From NCBI GenBank assembly GCA_027728805.1, contig JAQBTN010000003.1, forward strand, positions 2,107 to 66,106: DNA of 64,000 nt. Direction: 5' to 3'. Every line of letters begins with the position of its first letter. Within the stretch, counting starts at the first letter, position 1. Shown here one piece after another: positions 59,372-64,000 of this stretch. The notes below the pieces were generated by a model. It was not told the DNA's origin. It saw only the letters and a program-made list of their open reading frames with translations, and did no database searches. Source of the DNA: Actinomycetota bacterium. GTDB taxonomy: Bacteria > Actinomycetota > Actinomycetes > Mycobacteriales > Mycobacteriaceae. The position numbers and the translations under genes were made by a program.

Positions 59372-60600
59372 CTGAACTCGTCCGCGACTCGCTTCGCTCC
59401 TGCCCGCCGGACCCGGTCTACATCCTGGGCGCGGGAATGCACCCGTGGGGCAAGTGGGGTCGGGATTTCACCGAGTACGGCGTGGTCGCCGCCCGCGCCG
59501 CATTGCGCGACGCCGGACTGGACTGGCGTCAGATCCAGTTCGTCGCCGGCGCGGACACCATCCGCAACGGATACCCGGGCTTCGTCGCCGGTGCCACCTT
59601 CGCCCAGAAGCTGGGCTGGACCGGTGTCCCGGTCTCCTCCAGTTATGCGGCCTGCGCCTCGGGGTCGCAGGCGCTGCAGTCGGCGCGGGCCCAGATCCTG
59701 GCCGGGCTGTGCGACGTCGCCCTGGTCATCGGCGCCGACACCACCCCGAAGGGGTTTTTCGCCCCGGTCGGAGGGGAACGCCGCAACGACCCGGACTGGC
59801 AGCGCTTTCACCTCATCGGGGCCACCAACACGGTGTACTTCGCCCTGCTGGCCCGACGCCGGATGGACCTCTACGGCGCCACGTTGGAGGACTTCGCCGA
59901 AGTCAAGGTGAAGAACTCCCGGCACGGCCTGAACAACCCGAACGCGCGCTACCGGAAACAGAACTCGGTGGAGGATGTGTTGGCCAGTCCGGTGGTGTCC
60001 GACCCGCTGCGACTCCTGGACATCTGCGCCACCTCCGACGGCGCCGCCGCGGTCATCGTGGCCAGCAAGGCCTTCGCCGAGAAGCACCTGGGTTCGGTGG
60101 CCGGGGTGCCCTCGGTGCGGGCGGTGTCCACGGTGACACCCAACTATCCGCAGCACCTGCCGGAACTGCCCGATATCGCGACCGATTCGACCGCCGTCGT
60201 TCCCGCCCCGGAGCGGGTGTTCAAGGATCACATTCTCGATGCGGCCTACGCCGAGGCCGGCATCGGACCCGACGACCTGAGTCTCGCCGAGGTCTACGAC
60301 CTGTCCACCGCGCTGGAACTGGATTGGTACGAGCACCTGAGCCTGTGCCCCAAGGGCGAGGCGGAACAACTGCTGCGCTCCGGTGCCACCACGATCGGCG
60401 GCCGCATCCCGGTCAATCCCTCCGGCGGGCTGGCGTGTTTCGGCGAGGCCATCCCGGCCCAGGCCATCGCCCAGGTCTGCGAGTTGACCTGGCAGCTTCG
60501 GGGTCAGGCCACCGGCCGCCAGGTGGAGGGTGCCACCGTCGGTATCACCGCCAACCAGGGACTGTTCGGCCACGGATCCTCGGTGATCGTCGCGCGGTAG
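59368..60600 (+). CDS. Thiolase-like lipid-transfer protein (Rv1627c-like)
   Basis: GAGMHPWGKWG, ACASGS, SDGAAA, NPSGG, ANQGLFGHG. Confidence 0.92.
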   Translation: MTELVRDSLRSCPPDPVYILGAGMHPWGKWGRDFTEYGVVAARAALRDAGLDWRQIQFVAGADTIRNGYPGFVAGATFAQKLGWTGVPVSSSYAACASGSQALQSARAQILAGLCDVALVIGADTTPKGFFAPVGGERRNDPDWQRFHLIGATNTVYFALLARRRMDLYGATLEDFAEVKVKNSRHGLNNPNARYRKQNSVEDVLASPVVSDPLRLLDICATSDGAAAVIVASKAFAEKHLGSVAGVPSVRAVSTVTPNYPQHLPELPDIATDSTAVVPAPERVFKDHILDAAYAEAGIGPDDLSLAEVYDLSTALELDWYEHLSLCPKGEAEQLLRSGATTIGGRIPVNPSGGLACFGEAIPAQAIAQVCELTWQLRGQATGRQVEGATVGITANQGLFGHGSSVIVAR

Positions 60601-60828
60601 ATGTCCGAGACAGTCGTGGTCACCGTGAAGCCCGGCAGCCGAAAGGGTCCGCTGGTCACGGTAGGCGACGATGGTGCGCTGACCGTTTACGTTCGCGAGC
60701 GTGCCGTCGAGGGCAAGGCCACCGAGGCGGTCACCAAGGTACTGGCCAGTTATCTGGGAATACCTAAACGCCGACTGGAACTGGTGTCAGGGGCGACCGC
60801 GCGGGTGAAGCGCTTCCGGGTCAGCTAG
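60601..60828 (+). CDS. DUF167 (YggU-like) protein
   Basis: VKPGSRK, AVEGKA, GATARVK. Confidence 0.88.
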   Translation: MSETVVVTVKPGSRKGPLVTVGDDGALTVYVRERAVEGKATEAVTKVLASYLGIPKRRLELVSGATARVKRFRVS

Positions 60829-60852
60829 CCCGCGCGATCGATTGCGGGGCCG

Positions 60853-61596
60853 CTACGCAACACCCAGATAGGCCGCGCGAACGCTGTCATCGGCCAGCAA
60901 TTCCCGGGCCGGGCCTTCGCGGGTGACGGTGCCGGTCTCCAGGATGTAGGCCCGGTCGGACCGGCTCAGTGCCTGCTGGGCGTTCTGTTCCACCAGCAGC
61001 ACGGTGGTCCCCTGGGCGTTGATCTCGGCGATGATGCCGAAGATCTGGGAGATCACCATCGGCGCCAAACCCATTGACGGTTCATCGAGGAGCAGGACCC
61101 GGGGCCGGGCCATCAACGCCCGACCGATGGCCAGCATCTGCTGCTCGCCGCCGGATAGTGTTCCACCGACCTGCTTACGCCGTTCAGCCAGCCGGGGGAA
61201 GGTCTCGAACACCCAGTTCAACTGCTCGTCGTGCGCGGATTTGGACTCGAATTTTCTGCCGTAGCAACCCATCTCGAGGTTGTCGGCCACGGTCATGCCC
61301 GGAAAGACGCCGCGGCCCTCCGGAGCCTGGATGAGACCGTCGATGACCCGCCGATGCGCCTTGACCCGGGTGATGTCGTGCCCGTCGAACCAGATCGAAC
61401 CGCCCGCCAGCGGGCGCAGTCCGGAGACGGCCCGCATCAGGGTGGTTTTGCCGGCCCCGTTGGCGCCCAGCAGGGTCACCAACTCCCCCTGGTTCACGAC
61501 CAGCGAAACCCCGTGCAGCGCTTCGATTCTCCCGTATCGGACAACCACGTCGCGGACCTCGAGCAGGGGTGCGGCGGTGATTTCAGAGTTGGTCAT
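60853..61596 (-). CDS. livF: Branched-chain amino acid ABC transporter ATP-binding protein
   Basis: GANGAGKT, LSGGEQQML, LDEPSMGLAP. Confidence 0.92.
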   Translation of the reverse strand: MTNSEITAAPLLEVRDVVVRYGRIEALHGVSLVVNQGELVTLLGANGAGKTTLMRAVSGLRPLAGGSIWFDGHDITRVKAHRRVIDGLIQAPEGRGVFPGMTVADNLEMGCYGRKFESKSAHDEQLNWVFETFPRLAERRKQVGGTLSGGEQQMLAIGRALMARPRVLLLDEPSMGLAPMVISQIFGIIAEINAQGTTVLLVEQNAQQALSRSDRAYILETGTVTREGPARELLADDSVRAAYLGVA

Positions 61597-62419
61597 CGGG
61601 AACCCCCAGGTAGGCGGCGATCACCGCGGGATCCTCGCGGATCTCGGCGGGCAGACCGTCGGCGATCTTACGGCCGAACTCCAGCACCACGATCCGGTCG
61701 GTGACGCCCATGACCAGGCGCATATCGTGCTCGATCAACAGCACCGTGTAGCCGTCGTCGCGGATGGCGCGGATCAGGTCGATCAGTGCCGCCTTCTCAC
61801 TGGGGTTGAATCCGGCGGCAGGTTCGTCGAGGCAGAGCAGTTTCGGCTCGGTGGCCAGCGCCCGGGCGATCTCCAGGCGCCGCTGATCCCCGTATGGCAG
61901 GTTCTTGGCCTTCTCCCCGCCGCGGTGGGCGATGCCAACGAAATCGAGCAGGGCGGCGGCCTTCTCGATGGCGTTGTGCTCCTCGCGGCGGTGTCGGGCC
62001 GAACGCACCAGTGCCCCCGGCACCGAGGTCCGGTGCCGGGCGTCGGTGCCGACGACGACGTTCTCCAGTGCGGTCATCTCGCCCCACAGCCGGATGTTCT
62101 GGAAGGTGCGCGCGATGCCCAGGCGGGTGATCTGGTGGCGTTTGAGCCGGCCCAGGGGTTCGCCGTCGAACATCACCGAGCCCGAGGTGGGCCGGTAGAC
62201 CCCGGTGATGACGTTGAAGCAGGTCGTCTTGCCGGCGCCGTTGGGACCGATGAGTCCGAGGATCTCGCCCCGCCTGATCGCGAAGTTCACCGAGTCCAGC
62301 GCCGTCAGGCCGCCGAACTTCAGGGTCAGATCCGTTGTCTGCAGCAGTGTCTCGCCCTGGGCCGCGTGCATCTCGCGATGCAGTACCGCCATCTGTTCGT
62401 CGATCACCGGTTCGCTCAT
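61583..62419 (-). CDS. livG: Branched-chain amino acid ABC transporter ATP-binding protein
   Basis: GPNGAGKTT, RTFQN, LPYGDQRRLE, LDEPAAG. Confidence 0.92.
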   Translation of the reverse strand: MSEPVIDEQMAVLHREMHAAQGETLLQTTDLTLKFGGLTALDSVNFAIRRGEILGLIGPNGAGKTTCFNVITGVYRPTSGSVMFDGEPLGRLKRHQITRLGIARTFQNIRLWGEMTALENVVVGTDARHRTSVPGALVRSARHRREEHNAIEKAAALLDFVGIAHRGGEKAKNLPYGDQRRLEIARALATEPKLLCLDEPAAGFNPSEKAALIDLIRAIRDDGYTVLLIEHDMRLVMGVTDRIVVLEFGRKIADGLPAEIREDPAVIAAYLGVPDDQL

Positions 62420-63579
62420 CGGTCCGCCTTGTTCTCGTCGGCGCTGGCCAGCAGCCTGCGCGCCGAACTCCCGTAAGCCAGCAACTGCTGCCGGACCGGG
62501 AACAGGCCCTGCGGCCGGAAGATCATCAGCACCACCAGGGCCAGGCCGAAGAACAGGTATTTGAGGTCGCCGAGGTTGATCCCCATCACCTCCACACCGA
62601 GCAACCGGTTGGGCAGGTAGACGATGATGAAAGCCCCGAAGATCACGCCCAACTTGTTGCCCTGCCCGCCGAGCACCACTGCGCACAGGAACAGCATCGA
62701 GTTGATGATGTTGAACGTCGGCGGCGCGACGTACTGCACCTGCCCGGCGTACAGCGCGCCGGACAACCCGCCGATGGCCGCACCGATCACGAACGCCCAC
62801 AGTTTGAACCGGAAGGTGTTGACGCCCATGTTCTCTGCGGCGTCCTCGTCCTCCCGGATGGCCACCCAGGCCCGGCCTACCCGGCTGCGCTCCAGGTTTC
62901 CGACCAGCAGCAGCAGTGCCACGATCAGGATCAGGCCGAGCCAGAACCACCACGTTCCGTAGTTCGCGTCACCGGAGGAGTTTCCGCTGGAGAACACCCC
63001 GTGGGGCAGCTTCTCGCTCGCCCCGATATGCGGGTATGCCACCTCGTTGAGACCGCGCGGTCCGTTGGTCACGCCGGCCAGGTTGTCGGCGAGCAGCCGG
63101 ATGATCTCGCCGAATCCCAGGGTCACGATGGCCAGATAGTCCCCGCGCAGCCGCAGGGTCGGGAAGCCGAGGATCAACCCGGTCAGTGCGGTGACAGCCA
63201 TGGCAATCGGTACGCAGGCCAGCCAGGCCCAATTCTCGTGCACCCAGCCGTCCGGTCCCACCCTGTTCCACGGGCTGTCCGGGCTGGTGAGCAGCGCAAC
63301 GGTGTAGGCGCCGACCGCGTAGAAGCCGACATAACCGAGGTCGAGCAGACCGGCCTGGCCCACAACCACATTCAGTCCGATGGCGATGATCGCCAGGATG
63401 GCGAATTGGGCCATGGTGCCGCCGAAGCTGATACCCGGGGTGTCAACGAACGACGGCGTGTACAGCGGCAGCAGCGCCAGTGCGCCGAAGCCGATGACAC
63501 CGAACCCCCATTTCTGCACCCGGGTCAGGCCTGACCACCACTGCCGCAGCGCGTCTCCCGGAGCCAGTAGTGCGCTCAT
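62416..63579 (-). CDS. livM: Branched-chain amino acid ABC transporter permease
   Basis: GLNVVVGQAGLLDLG, LRLRGDYLAIVTLGFGEI, AIREDE. Confidence 0.92.
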   Translation of the reverse strand: MSALLAPGDALRQWWSGLTRVQKWGFGVIGFGALALLPLYTPSFVDTPGISFGGTMAQFAILAIIAIGLNVVVGQAGLLDLGYVGFYAVGAYTVALLTSPDSPWNRVGPDGWVHENWAWLACVPIAMAVTALTGLILGFPTLRLRGDYLAIVTLGFGEIIRLLADNLAGVTNGPRGLNEVAYPHIGASEKLPHGVFSSGNSSGDANYGTWWFWLGLILIVALLLLVGNLERSRVGRAWVAIREDEDAAENMGVNTFRFKLWAFVIGAAIGGLSGALYAGQVQYVAPPTFNIINSMLFLCAVVLGGQGNKLGVIFGAFIIVYLPNRLLGVEVMGINLGDLKYLFFGLALVVLMIFRPQGLFPVRQQLLAYGSSARRLLASADENKADR

Positions 63580-64000
63580 ACCCGGGTCTTCCCCAGGCTC
63601 TCACCGAGGATCCCGGTGGGCTTGATCAACAGGACCAGCACCAGCAGGACGAAGGCGACGACATCGCGCCACTGGGTGCCGAACAGCGCCTGGCCGTAGT
63701 TCTCCATCACGCCCAGTAGCAGTCCACCGATCAGGGCTCCGCGCAGATTGCCGATCCCGCCGAGCACGGCGGCCGAGAACGCCTTGATACCCAGCAGGAA
63801 TCCGCCGGAGTAGATGATGCCCTGTGGAACACGCAGCGTGTAGAGCAGCGCCGCTGCCCCGGCAAGCATGCCGCCGATCAGGAAGGTCGTCACGATGATG
63901 CGTTCCCGCGAGACTCCCATCAGGGTGGCCGTAGTTGGGTCCTGGGCCACCGCGCGGATCCCGCGGCCGAACTTGGTGCGGTGGACGAACAGGTAGGTCA
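63576..64000 (-). CDS. livH: Branched-chain amino acid ABC transporter permease, 3' part only
   Basis: GIRAVAQD...LMGV, KAFSAAVLGGIGN, KPTGILG. Confidence 0.9.
   Translation of the reverse strand, partial: TYLFVHRTKFGRGIRAVAQDPTTATLMGVSRERIIVTTFLIGGMLAGAAALLYTLRVPQGIIYSGGFLLGIKAFSAAVLGGIGNLRGALIGGLLLGVMENYGQALFGTQWRDVVAFVLLVLVLLIKPTGILGESLGKTRV

Noticed and set aside
59377-59410. CTCGCTTCGCTC MIRU/REP-like motif in the thiolase N-terminus
   Set aside because: Single copy in the window; a repeat family cannot be supported from this sequence alone.

Overview
High-GC mycobacterial (Mycolicibacterium-like) chromosome segment, colinear in reverse with the M. tuberculosis Rv1627c-Rv1688 region. 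Core content: Rv1683-like acyl-CoA synthetase/hydrolase, ABC-F ATPase, argCJBDFRGH, pheST, adenylate cyclase, TrmH methylase, infC-rpmI-rplT, lysX, uvrA, USP, mannosyltransferase, uvrB, coaE, rpsA, polA, OB-fold/thiolase pair and liv ABC genes. No rRNA, tRNA, CRISPR, IS or integrase gene was seen. The main finding is at 30.7-37.2 kb. The 3' end of the metallo-beta-lactamase-fold gene beside uvrA (Rv1637c-like) occurs six times in direct orientation: the active copy plus five displaced ones. Each copy starts at about the same G-TTC-CCC-GG (FPG) codon boundary, each is followed by different cargo genes, and decay increases with distance from the gene. This resembles an integrase-less, polar cassette array in which each cassette brings a replacement C-terminus for the enzyme. 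The repeats are seen directly; the mechanism is inference. Secondary findings: an ArgB lacking arginine-feedback elements, a deletion scar of an Rv1639c-like gene, PHO-box-like repeats before a SulP transporter, ATC-start candidates (infC, DUF402), a PrsW with an E-to-D catalytic change, and an L,D-transpeptidase paired with a Pro-rich repeat protein. Homology calls come from recalled motifs and synteny; no database searches were run.
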